From an uncultured Bacilli bacterium (GTDB lineage Bacteria > Bacillota_I > Bacilli_A > RF39 > UBA660), in contig CALVQR010000002.1 in assembly GCA_944358265.1 (NCBI GenBank), forward strand, positions 1 through 60,624: 60,624 nt of DNA, written 5' to 3'. Within the stretch, counting starts at the first letter, position 1; the number at the start of each line of letters is the position of its first letter. The translations under genes and the position numbers were made by a program. Of this stretch, positions 1 to 8,281 are shown in pieces. Under the pieces are notes generated by a model that worked only from the letters and a program-made list of their open reading frames with translations, was not told the DNA's origin and did no database searches.

Positions 1-506
1 TATTGTGTATTTGAGTAAGCACCTCTTCTAATTATAATATCAATTAGTCTTTTATCAATTGTATAAACTTTAGCACCTTGTGGACACATCAAATCACATA
101 TATTTATTAACTTCTCTTCTATTGTATACTCGTGATTTTTAATAAATTCAGTTCTAAATGGAATATCATCCGGAATTCCTCCTGCTGTACATAATGTATC
201 ATTATTCAAATAAGAATGTGTTAAACATATATTGCAATACTCATCATCATATCCTTTTTCTTTCAAATATTCGTAACCTCTCATAACATGGCCTGCTGAA
301 TCTCCATTGTATTTTCCTATATCATGGATATATCCTAGAGTAATAGCTTTATCGACATCAACATCTATTCCTTTATTTTGTAGTGCTTTAGCAATTCTAC
401 CAGCACTATCTCCAACACAAATACAGTGTCCTATCCATCTATCATCTTTTTGATTAACTCTTTCTTTTTCTAAAAGTTCTCTTGCTTCTTTACTATTTAA
501 TTTCAT
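1..506 (-). CDS. HD-domain (HDIG-type) phosphohydrolase; the C-terminal end is cut by the window edge
   Basis: My own minus-strand translation from ATG 506..504, with AAGGTGG 5 nt upstream, gives MKLNSKEARELL...RWIGHCICVGDSAGRIAKAL...LGYIHDIGKYNGDSAGH. This has the H...HD...K metal-site pattern. The frame stays open to position 1. It is absent from the ORF track because there is no stop inside the window. Confidence 0.7.
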   Translation of the reverse strand, partial: MKLNSKEARELLEKERVNQKDDRWIGHCICVGDSAGRIAKALQNKGIDVDVDKAITLGYIHDIGKYNGDSAGHVMRGYEYLKEKGYDDEYCNICLTHSYLNNDTLCTAGGIPDDIPFRTEFIKNHEYTIEEKLINICDLMCPQGAKVYTIDKRLIDIIIRRGAYSNTQ

Positions 507-543
507 TTATACCACCTTATTTACTTATATTTTATTAATAGTC

Positions 544-1083
544 TTATTTTTTTAATTCAATTGTTTCAATCATTTCACCAGGGTAATCATATAATGCTAA
601 TTTATTAAATTCAATATAAAATGGTTTGAATTCTAATTGTATCATTTCAAATAGATTATTCACTATATTAAAATTTTTATCTATATGTAAAGTCATATGA
701 AAATTAAAATTATCAGGATTATATTTTTCTTCTGGTATTATTTCATAAAAATTCCTTTGTAAATTTTTCATAAAATAATTATCTTCAATTCCAAAATATA
801 AAATAAAACTATCATTTTTGAGATTTCCAATTGTTACTTTGTTAACCTTTAATTTTATTTTATCCATTTTTATATTCTTTGTAATGTTTAATAGCTTATC
901 TTGGTTTATTTTATCTGTTGCAAATATTGTAAAATGATATGGTAGATTATCAATTTCATACCTTTTATTATCGTTTATACCATAAGGAACTTTGCACATT
1001 TTAAAATTGATGTTTTTTAAAAATTTACTAATTATATCTAATTGCTTTTCATCAAAATATGTTATTAAAGTTATTCTGCTCAC
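544..1083 (-). CDS. 2H phosphoesterase superfamily protein (LigT/YjcG-like)
   Basis: 179 aa with two H-x-T-x motifs (PYHFTIF and NFHMTLH) about 80 aa apart, which is the diagnostic 2H signature. The GTG start overlaps the stop of the upstream gene by 1 nt (TAGTG). Confidence 0.7.
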   Translation of the reverse strand: MSRITLITYFDEKQLDIISKFLKNINFKMCKVPYGINDNKRYEIDNLPYHFTIFATDKINQDKLLNITKNIKMDKIKLKVNKVTIGNLKNDSFILYFGIEDNYFMKNLQRNFYEIIPEEKYNPDNFNFHMTLHIDKNFNIVNNLFEMIQLEFKPFYIEFNKLALYDYPGEMIETIELKK

Positions 1084-2510
1084 TACAATTCACCTAGATT
1101 CTCAAATAAATTTTCATATATTTTATCTCTATCTATGTCAATAATCATATTTATTCTATGATTATCATTCGTTAATTCATAAGAACTATCATTTTTTATA
1201 TTAGGACAACTTATTACTTCTTTTTTAAACCAATTTTTATTTATCATATAAGCAATAACAGATATATCCCAAATTGTTCTTTCTTCTTGTATTCCATGAT
1301 ATCCATCATTATAAAATCTATCTATTAAATAATCACATAATTCTGATTTATTTTCAATATTTTCTTTTAATGTATTTATATCTATTCTTAATTTAGAAAT
1401 AACTTCTTTACATGGTAATATAGTTAATCTAACTTTTGAATCAAATACTATTTTAACTGCTTCAATATCTTGTCTAAAATTATATTCTAAATTGTCTTTA
1501 TAACCTAATTCATTTCCACCTAACCATATTACTTCTATCTTATCTATTATTTTAGGTTCTTTTTTAACAGCTAACGCTATATTGGTAATTGCTCCTATTC
1601 CTAGTATATAAGTTTTATTATTTTTAAGTGCTACTTCTATTATTTTATTTACGGCATCATTAGTTTCATCATATCCATTACAAAAATAATCTTCTGCACC
1701 CTTAAACACTTTATTTTTAGTATCAAAGTTTAGCCAATTACATATTTTCAGTATTTCATTATAGCTCTTTTCTCGTCCACTTATAACTGTTTCATTTCTT
1801 TCTTTATGAGAATATGGTGCAACAGTTATTGCTTCGATATTAAATATTTCTTGATTTTTAATCATATATGCAAGTGCAAATTGGTCATCACATTCATTAT
1901 AAGTATCAGTATCTAATATTACATTTAATCTTTCATCTTTATAATTAGAAATAAAGTTATAAATATCTTCCCAATTTTTAACTCTAGTAATATTAACATT
2001 TCTATTACATGGTTTATCCATTAAAAGAGCAGTTATACCATTATCAAGACAAGATTTACATATTTTACTAGAGTCATCTATCATAACATCTATATCGTTT
2101 TCAATACAAACTATAACTTTAGAATTTTTATCTTTACTATCATTAAAAATAAGCTTATCATAATAAATATTATACTTATTTAACCACTCTTTAGTCATCT
2201 CTATTGGATTAGAATATTCTCCATTATCTCTACCAGTTATAATATAAATAAAATGTCCCTCACTCTTTAATTTATCTATATACTCTTTAGAACCATTTAT
2301 AGGGATTAAACTTTTAGCAATTCTTTCTATATTAGGATAATAAAAGCTATTAATTTCTTCTTTACTCCAGTCAAACATTCCCTCTGTAATATAAAGATTT
2401 TCATCAACAATACCTGTATTTCTTAACACTTTATCATGTTCTAAAAACTCTTTCTTCAAAACTTCATCAAAATTAGATATTACATTATCTATATCAATTC
2501 CTATATTCAT
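1083..2510 (-). CDS. Fusion protein: N-terminal HAD 5'(3')-deoxyribonucleotidase-like domain plus C-terminal inosine/uridine-preferring nucleoside hydrolase domain
   Basis: The N-terminal part has MNIGIDIDNV (DxD nucleophile motif), IITGR and a later DD motif. The C-terminal part has VILDTDTYNECDDQFALAYM, matching the nucleoside hydrolase DxDxxxDD fingerprint. The start was refined to ATG 2510, preceded by GGTGG. Confidence 0.75.
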   Translation of the reverse strand: MNIGIDIDNVISNFDEVLKKEFLEHDKVLRNTGIVDENLYITEGMFDWSKEEINSFYYPNIERIAKSLIPINGSKEYIDKLKSEGHFIYIITGRDNGEYSNPIEMTKEWLNKYNIYYDKLIFNDSKDKNSKVIVCIENDIDVMIDDSSKICKSCLDNGITALLMDKPCNRNVNITRVKNWEDIYNFISNYKDERLNVILDTDTYNECDDQFALAYMIKNQEIFNIEAITVAPYSHKERNETVISGREKSYNEILKICNWLNFDTKNKVFKGAEDYFCNGYDETNDAVNKIIEVALKNNKTYILGIGAITNIALAVKKEPKIIDKIEVIWLGGNELGYKDNLEYNFRQDIEAVKIVFDSKVRLTILPCKEVISKLRIDINTLKENIENKSELCDYLIDRFYNDGYHGIQEERTIWDISVIAYMINKNWFKKEVISCPNIKNDSSYELTNDNHRINMIIDIDRDKIYENLFENLGEL

Positions 2511-2602
2511 TTGTACCACCATATTCCAATTATAGCACATTTATTTATATTTTTAAATTCAAAGCAATTAGTTAGCTTCTTTCACTTTTCCTAATACAAT
2601 GA

Positions 2603-2773
2603 TTAATCTTTAGCCTCTGTTTCATCCAATACTTTTTCAACTTCACTAATTAATTGTTCTTTATTAGGAATATAATAAGTATAAGTTGAAGCAAAAATAT
2701 TATTAAATAAACCACCTAAAGCATATTCTAAAGCAACTTTATCTTTTTCAGCGCATAATATAATACCTATTGG
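2603..2773 (-). pseudogene. C-terminal remnant of a DUF1016/YhcG-type PD-(D/E)XK nuclease gene
   Basis: Only the last ~56 codons (PIGIILCAEKDKVALEYALGG..IFASTYTYYIPNKEQL) resemble the conserved C-terminus of YhcG-like proteins, which are about 340-380 aa. The rest of the listed ORF (2774..2875) runs through a plus-strand promoter and looks non-coding. Confidence 0.6.
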
Positions 2774-2837
2774 TTTTACATTATTTACATTGTCCTTGCG
2801 ATTAATAAGGAAAATATGGGAAAACAAATAAAAAAAG

Positions 2838-2866
2838 TTGACAATTGTTTTCAACAGAGTTAATAT
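2838..2866 (+). promoter_or_regulatory. Sigma-A type promoter for the plus-strand orphan gene
   Basis: TTGACA (2838..2843), a 17-nt spacer, then TAATAT (2861..2866), about 40 nt upstream of the start at 2907. Confidence 0.6.
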
Positions 2867-2906
2867 CACACACAATTAAAATTAATATGAATTGGGGCGA
2901 TAATTG

Positions 2907-3233
2907 ATGGACGATTTTAACGAGGAAAATGAACAGGATGTTATTGATATTCTGTATGATTATGATGAGGACAGTGGAAATATTATAAGTAAGATTACTA
3001 GAGAAAAATTAAAAAATTATTACAAAAAAGAGGAAGAAGGTATCGAAAAAATTTGTAAAATAGTTTTTGAATCTATTGAAGATGATAATATTAAAGAAAA
3101 ATGCAAGAAAATGCTAGAGGATTTTAAAGCAACAATAAAAGATGAAATAGTTTTTTTAAATTATATTTATTATAGGCAAGGTTTCAAAATGGGGACAAAT
3201 GTAATTAAAGATTGTTTGATAAATAATGATTAA
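2907..3233 (+). CDS. Hypothetical acidic protein (108 aa)
   Basis: ORF with a strong upstream promoter and a downstream terminator. It is Glu/Asp/Lys-rich and ends ...VFLNYIYYRQGFKMGTNVIKDCL. I do not recognise a family with confidence. Confidence 0.55.
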   Translation: MDDFNEENEQDVIDILYDYDEDSGNIISKITREKLKNYYKKEEEGIEKICKIVFESIEDDNIKEKCKKMLEDFKATIKDEIVFLNYIYYRQGFKMGTNVIKDCLINND

Positions 3234-3245
3234 AATGATGAAGTG

Positions 3246-3276
3246 GATTACTTGAAAAAGTAGTCTATTTTTTTTG
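3246..3276 (+). terminator. Rho-independent terminator after the 2907..3233 gene
   Basis: Imperfect hairpin GGATTACTT-GAAA-AAGTAGTCT followed by a run of 8 T. Confidence 0.55.
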
Positions 3277-3513
3277 TCAAAAAATCGATAAAAATAATAA
3301 AAAGTTGCTATGGCAAAGTTTAGTTTATTTAATCCTCTTTTTTTAACTTTAATGCTTATAAAAGCGTTAATTGAATGAGTTTCAAATAACAAAAGTTATG
3401 ATATAATATAAATAAATGAACAAGAATTTATATTGGAAGTTGTAAGAATTAAGTAATGATATAGTTAGATAAAATGATAGAAATAATAAAAAAAGAATTT
3501 TTGGAGGATTACT

Positions 3514-4638
3514 ATGGAGCTAAAGATTGAAGAAGTAATAAGTAAAGTAATGAATGACAAAACTTTTTTAGAAGGTACTTTTGAAGGTGGAAAAAACTAT
3601 TTTCCGAAAGATTTTAGAGCAGCTATAAAACATAAACTAGCAATTGTATTGAATTATTATCTGATCACGAGTGATACGCAAACCAATTATTCATTTGAGG
3701 ATATTTTATCAAGGTTTCAAGTATTGTTGAAAAATACAAATGAAGTTGAATTAAGAAAAATAATTAAAGATGGATATTTAACACATTCATTTAATGGAAG
3801 TTCAAAAGAATATATGCAGAAGTATGGATTTGATTATATGACAAAATCAAATGAACAAGAATTAAACGAAATAAATAAAAAAAGAGAAAGATTAGATTAT
3901 TTGTCAAGAAAATATGGAGAAAACTATTATATCAAAGAAGCTAGAAAGATAAGATGACAGAAAAATATTGAAGAACCAACAGGGGAAGAATTCTTTTATT
4001 GTACTCCAGGGATAGATTCAATACAATATGCATTGGAACAATCTCCAGAGAGATTATATAATGGTATTTTAAAAGATAGTAGAGAGCCAATAATAGTGGG
4101 AGAATCAAAAAAGAATTACTTAATTAGATGCTTAAGAAAAAAGGTTAAACCAGAAGATTATTCAATTATGGAGCAAATGATTGATGATTAGTGCACTTTT
4201 CCACCATATATTGCACTATTACAATATGAAAAAATGAAAAATGTTCCAACATCAATAACCGTATTTGGCAATAATGGCAGTCATAGTTTAAGTGAAATAG
4301 TTGAAAAACTAGATCCAAAACAAATTGAAGATTATTTTCCGATAGGGATACGAAGACCATCTATGGAATTTTTAAAAAAACACGGATCTTATTATTTAAG
4401 CAATATGGTAACATTAGTAGAGTTTATGCCAAAAACAGAATATCCGATAATTAAAATGCCAGATATGTATGAAATTATGCAGATGTATGCAAGAAACAAG
4501 GGACTTCAAGTTGGACAAGTTTTTGATTGTAAAACAGCAGACTTCATCAGAAATTCAACTATTACTGAAATTAAATGTCTGATGCAACAAATGGAATATG
4601 AGCAATCATCAAAATGGACAATTGATGAAAAATTATAA
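3514..4638 (+). pseudogene. Orphan gene of ~374 codons in a single frame, interrupted by in-frame TGA (3955..3957) and TAG (4189..4191)
   Basis: ORF-track pieces 3514..3957 and 4234..4638 are in the same frame (start positions are both 1 mod 3). The 77 codons between TGA and TAG, and the 14 codons after TAG, also contain no stop, which is very unlikely for non-coding DNA this AT-rich. GGAGG lies upstream of ATG 3514. Confidence 0.6.
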
Positions 4639-4906
4639 ACAGATTTACAAATGTTAGAAAAAATTGCAAATAATTATGATTTCGGAGATTCAGCGAATGC
4701 TCCAAAATTATAAAGTAAGTTATATAATTTGACTTTTTTATAAAAATTTGGATACATATTCATTTGTCCTAAATTTTCTGCTTTTAATTTATTCATTTTT
4801 AACTTTCTATCATCTCTTGTTTGCCTAGAATTATATTAATCTCTAATCTTTTCTTTAAAGACTCCTCCATATCAATTTCTTATTTGATTATATTAACCAC
4901 AAACAC

Positions 4907-4932
4907 CAACCTTTCTTCTAGGTTGATTTTTT
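4907..4932 (+). terminator. Rho-independent terminator (plus strand)
   Basis: CAACCT-ttcttct-AGGTTG followed by ATTTTTT. Confidence 0.45.
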
Positions 4933-4939
4933 CATAAAA

Positions 4940-4997
4940 ACGAAAAAATCAATCATTTCTGATTGATTCCTATATCAAAAGTTCGAATAGTTCGAAC
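4940..4997 (-). terminator. Two tandem terminator hairpins downstream of ssrA
   Basis: On the minus strand, GTTCGAA-CTA-TTCGAAC is followed by TTTT (4981..4997 plus the T run). AATCAATCA-GAAA-TGATTGATT is followed by TTTTCGTTTTT (4947..4968 plus the T run). Confidence 0.6.
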
Positions 4998-5008
4998 AGA
5001 TTTCCCAA

Positions 5009-5389
5009 TGGTGGAGCTGAGGAGATTCGAACTCCTGTCCAAAAACACTTATACACTAAGCATCTACAAGTTTAGTTAGTTATCAATATTCCTAATTTAT
5101 AAAAGTAACTAACAACCTATAAATTAGTAAGCTTATAAAATTCATCATTATTTCTAAGCTAAATAATGATATATCTTGCTAAAATCGAATCCCCTATAAT
5201 CTACGCAAGAAAAGAAAATAGAGAATTGCATTTCTGACTATTAAGCAGCTAAGGCAACACTATTACTTCTGAATAATGAAGCAAATGCATTTTTAATTTT
5301 GTTTCCAGTTATTTTTTGTTTGCACGTAACGAGTGCCTTCGACTTGCAACTTAATGCTGGGTATTTCTGTCGAAACCAATTACAGCCCC
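5009..5389 (-). ncRNA. ssrA: tmRNA (SsrA)
   Basis: The 5' end is GGGGCTGTAATTGGTTTCGACAG. The 3' end is GGACAGGAGTTCGAATCTCCTCAGCTCCACCA (T-arm, acceptor and CCA). The internal tag frame ends ...AFASLFRSNSVALAA followed by TAA TAG (stop at 5243..5241). The gene is adjacent to smpB. Confidence 0.95.
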
Positions 5390-5399
5390 ATGCAAAAGT

Positions 5400-5428
5400 A
5401 TTATATTATAAAAAAAAGAAAAAGTCAA
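5400..5428 (-). promoter_or_regulatory. ssrA promoter, overlapping the 3' end region of smpB
   Basis: On the minus strand: TTGACT (5428..5423), a 17-nt spacer, TATAAT (5405..5400), then 10 nt to the mature tmRNA 5' G at 5389. Confidence 0.6.
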
Positions 5429-5431
5429 AAG

Positions 5432-5872
5432 TCAATATTTACCAGATAATGACTTTCTCATTTCTCTTTCTAAATCTCTTTGTTTAATAGTTTCTTTTTT
5501 ATCATAAGTGTGTTTACCTCTTGCAACTGCAAGTTCTATTTTTGCTTTACCATTTTTAAAATAAAGTTTAAGAGGCACAAGTGTTAATCCTTTTATAGAT
5601 ACTTTATCATTTATTTTTTTTATCTCTTTTTTATGAAGTAATAACTTTCTGGTTCTAGTTTCATCATGATTAAATATATTACCTTCTTTATATTCAGATA
5701 TATGCATATTAAGTAAAAATATTTCTCCATTTTTTATTATTGCATAACTATCCTTTAAATTTGCATTGCCATTTCTTATAGATTTTATTTCGGTACCAGT
5801 TAAAACAATACCAGCTTCATAACTATCTAACACTTCATAATCATATCTTGCTTTTCTATTTAGTATTTCCAT
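5432..5872 (-). CDS. smpB: SsrA-binding protein SmpB
   Basis: MEILNRKARYDYEV...GTEIKS...LLLHKKEI... is typical SmpB. The start was refined to ATG 5872 (AGGGAG upstream). The stop codon is TGA. Confidence 0.93.
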   Translation of the reverse strand: MEILNRKARYDYEVLDSYEAGIVLTGTEIKSIRNGNANLKDSYAIIKNGEIFLLNMHISEYKEGNIFNHDETRTRKLLLHKKEIKKINDKVSIKGLTLVPLKLYFKNGKAKIELAVARGKHTYDKKETIKQRDLEREMRKSLSGKY

Positions 5873-7979
5873 TATTATCTCCCTGTACAAAATTAAAATC
5901 TATTATACTATTTTCTTTAGATGCATTTGTAACTTTTACTTTTACTCTTTGACCTAGTTTAAATATTTTTCCTTTCTTTTCTCCTCTTAAAGTCTTAGTT
6001 GTTTCATCAAAATTATAATAATCTCCTTTTATTTCTGAAATATGAACAAGTCCCTCAATTAAATTAGGTAATTGAACAAATATTCCAAAACTAGTTATTG
6101 AAGAAATTATTCCATCAAATTCTTCACCGATATGATCTTCCATATATTCTGCCATTTTCATTGATTCAACATCTCTTTCACATTCTATGGATTCTCTTTC
6201 TTTTTCTGAGGCATGATCACATAATGCAGGTAAATTTTCACTCCAATATGATATCAATCTAGAAAGTTCTTTATCACTTGGTTTATTAAATATATATTTT
6301 CTAAGTAAATTATGAACAGTAGTATCAGGGAATCTTCTTATTGGAGATGTAAAATGTGTATAGCATTTAGATGCAAGTCCATAGTGCCCTACATTTTCTG
6401 GTTTATATACAGCTTTTTTCATACATCTTAAAAGTTGCGTTGAAAGTATAGAAAATTCTTCTTTATCCCTTAATTGATCCAGTATATTTTTCATTGATTT
6501 TGGATAATTAAAGTTTCTATCTCCCTTTATTTGATAACCTAGTAAACTTACTGAATTTAAAAACTCTTCAACTTTTTCTGAATCCGGTACTTCATGAATA
6601 CGATACACGAATGGGAGTTCCATAAAGTATATATGTTCTGCGACAGTTTCATTTGCAGCAATCATAAAATCCTCAATTAAATTTTCTCCCTTACCTCTAT
6701 CTCTTAATACAATATCATATGGCTTACCACTTTCATCTACTAATATTTTTGCTTCATCTGTATCAAAATCTAAGTACCCCTTTTTTAATTTAGCTTTTCT
6801 AAGAATTTTAGCAAGCTCTTCCATTAGTTTTAAGTCATCTACATATGGTTTATATCCTTCTGGAATTTCTTCATCATTTAATATTTTATTTACCTTCTTG
6901 TAAGTCATTTGAATCCTTGATTTAATTACACTTTCAAATATTTCATGTGAAACTACTTTTCCATCTTCATTTATTTCCATTACACATGAAATTGCAAGTC
7001 TTTCTTCATTCGGATTAAGTGAACAAATACCATTAGAAAGTTTATGTGGAAGCATAGGTATAACTCTATCAACTAAATATACACTAGTTGCTCTATCATA
7101 TGCTTCTTTATAAAGTTCAGTCCCTTCTTTTACATAATAAGAAACATCTGCGATATGAACTCCAAGTACATAATTATTTCCTTTTTTCTTAATAGATATT
7201 GCATCATCTATATCTTTAGTATCATCACCATCAATAGTAAAAATTACTTCATTTGTTAAATTAATTCTACCCTTTTTTTCTTCTTCACTTACAAAAGAAG
7301 GTATTTCATCTACTTCTTTCATAACGCTATCCGAAAATACATCGTTAATCCCATGATCGTATACTATTGATAAAATATCTACTCCAGGATCGTTTTTATG
7401 GCCTATAATTTTTACAACTTCTGCTAAATACTTATATTTACCTAATTCTTTTTTTATACTAACTTGTATTTTATGTCCATCTACCAAATCATCCAAATTT
7501 TTATTATCTAAAATTATTTCCATTTTTAATTTTTTATCATCAGGTACAAAATGTGGATTATTATCAATTATTTTATATTCTCCTACTATTAAATTATTTT
7601 CTTTTTTTAATACTTTTATTACTCTGCATTCTTTTCTACCTTTTGAATCTATTAATGGTTCAACTACTACAATATCATTATTTAAGGCTCCATTCATATT
7701 CTTTTCATCAACATATATATCATCTTGTCCTTCAACTATAACAAATCCAAAACCTTTTTTATTAACATTTAATCTACCTTTTATTAAATGACTATTATCA
7801 AATAGCATATATTTATCTTTATTAGATCTATATACTTCAAATTCTTCTTCTAAATCTCTTAAAGTATTCAAAATATTAGTAAGATCTTCAACTGTATTTA
7901 AATTTAATTTATCTGATATTTCTGTTGCAGACAATGCTTTTTTTTCTTTATTTAATAGTTCTATAATTTCTTCTTTCAT
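5856..7979 (-). CDS. rnr: Ribonuclease R
   Basis: 707 aa with cold-shock-like N-terminal domains, an RNB catalytic core (DDAISI, HIADVS motifs) and a C-terminal S1 domain. Confidence 0.93.
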   Translation of the reverse strand: MKEEIIELLNKEKKALSATEISDKLNLNTVEDLTNILNTLRDLEEEFEVYRSNKDKYMLFDNSHLIKGRLNVNKKGFGFVIVEGQDDIYVDEKNMNGALNNDIVVVEPLIDSKGRKECRVIKVLKKENNLIVGEYKIIDNNPHFVPDDKKLKMEIILDNKNLDDLVDGHKIQVSIKKELGKYKYLAEVVKIIGHKNDPGVDILSIVYDHGINDVFSDSVMKEVDEIPSFVSEEEKKGRINLTNEVIFTIDGDDTKDIDDAISIKKKGNNYVLGVHIADVSYYVKEGTELYKEAYDRATSVYLVDRVIPMLPHKLSNGICSLNPNEERLAISCVMEINEDGKVVSHEIFESVIKSRIQMTYKKVNKILNDEEIPEGYKPYVDDLKLMEELAKILRKAKLKKGYLDFDTDEAKILVDESGKPYDIVLRDRGKGENLIEDFMIAANETVAEHIYFMELPFVYRIHEVPDSEKVEEFLNSVSLLGYQIKGDRNFNYPKSMKNILDQLRDKEEFSILSTQLLRCMKKAVYKPENVGHYGLASKCYTHFTSPIRRFPDTTVHNLLRKYIFNKPSDKELSRLISYWSENLPALCDHASEKERESIECERDVESMKMAEYMEDHIGEEFDGIISSITSFGIFVQLPNLIEGLVHISEIKGDYYNFDETTKTLRGEKKGKIFKLGQRVKVKVTNASKENSIIDFNFVQGDNNGNTK

Positions 7980-8024
7980 AATTCCTCCATTAGTAAAATA
8001 AAAAGACCATATTTATGTCTTTTT

Positions 8025-8240
8025 TTATATTAATGACAATACTAAACATATTATAAAAAATAATAATCCTAAAAATAATGTCATTCTACTTAAAAATAAC
8101 TCTGATCCTCTTTCTTTTCTTTGAGCAAATAATTCCGCATTACCACCCATCATTATATTAGAAGCACTTTCTGCTTTACCACTTTGTAATAACACTACTG
8201 TTATTAATAAAACTGAAATGACTAATAATACTACATCCAT
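8025..8240 (-). CDS. secG: Preprotein translocase subunit SecG
   Basis: 71 aa: MDVVLLVISVLLITVVLLQSGK...GSELFLSRMT, with two TM helices. GAGGAGG lies upstream of ATG 8240. It sits upstream of rnr-smpB, as in Bacillus. Confidence 0.85.
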   Translation of the reverse strand: MDVVLLVISVLLITVVLLQSGKAESASNIMMGGNAELFAQRKERGSELFLSRMTLFLGLLFFIICLVLSLI

Positions 8241-8281
8241 AATTTTTGCCTCCTCATCCAGTAATATTATTTTATCATATT

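Noticed and set aside
2774-2875. N-terminal 34 codons of the listed 90-aa ORF 2603..2875 as real coding sequence. The same applies to the N-terminal extensions of many ORF-track entries (tuf, fusA, rpsL, rplK, secE, secG, tatD, spoVT, dnaX, holB, comK and others).
   Set aside because: The extensions run through RBS or promoter sequences and precede well-placed ATG or GTG codons with Shine-Dalgarno motifs. Conserved protein N-termini begin at the internal starts given in the feature list.
4977-5040. A direct repeat of the tmRNA 3' end (att site) marking an intact integrated element next to ssrA.
   Set aside because: The only similarity nearby (TTCGAAC in GTTCGAATAGTTCGAAC) is the ssrA terminator hairpin. 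I found no longer duplicate of the tmRNA 3' end by eye in 2.5-5.0 kb, and there is no integrase gene.
3156-5487. Small ORFs 3156..3392 (-), 4166..4360 (-) and 5299..5487 (+). Also 10527..10730 (-), 19696..19938 (-) and 40294..40485 (+).
   Set aside because: These are intergenic or overlapping artefacts. 3156..3392 spans a terminator and promoter region. 4166..4360 is antisense to the long orphan frame. 5299..5487 lies across the tmRNA gene and the smpB end. 10527..10730 covers the eno/femX divergent promoter region. 19696..19938 is an alternative frame of the zinc-ribbon gene. 40294..40485 is Phe/Leu/Asn/Ile-rich junk in an AT-rich spacer.
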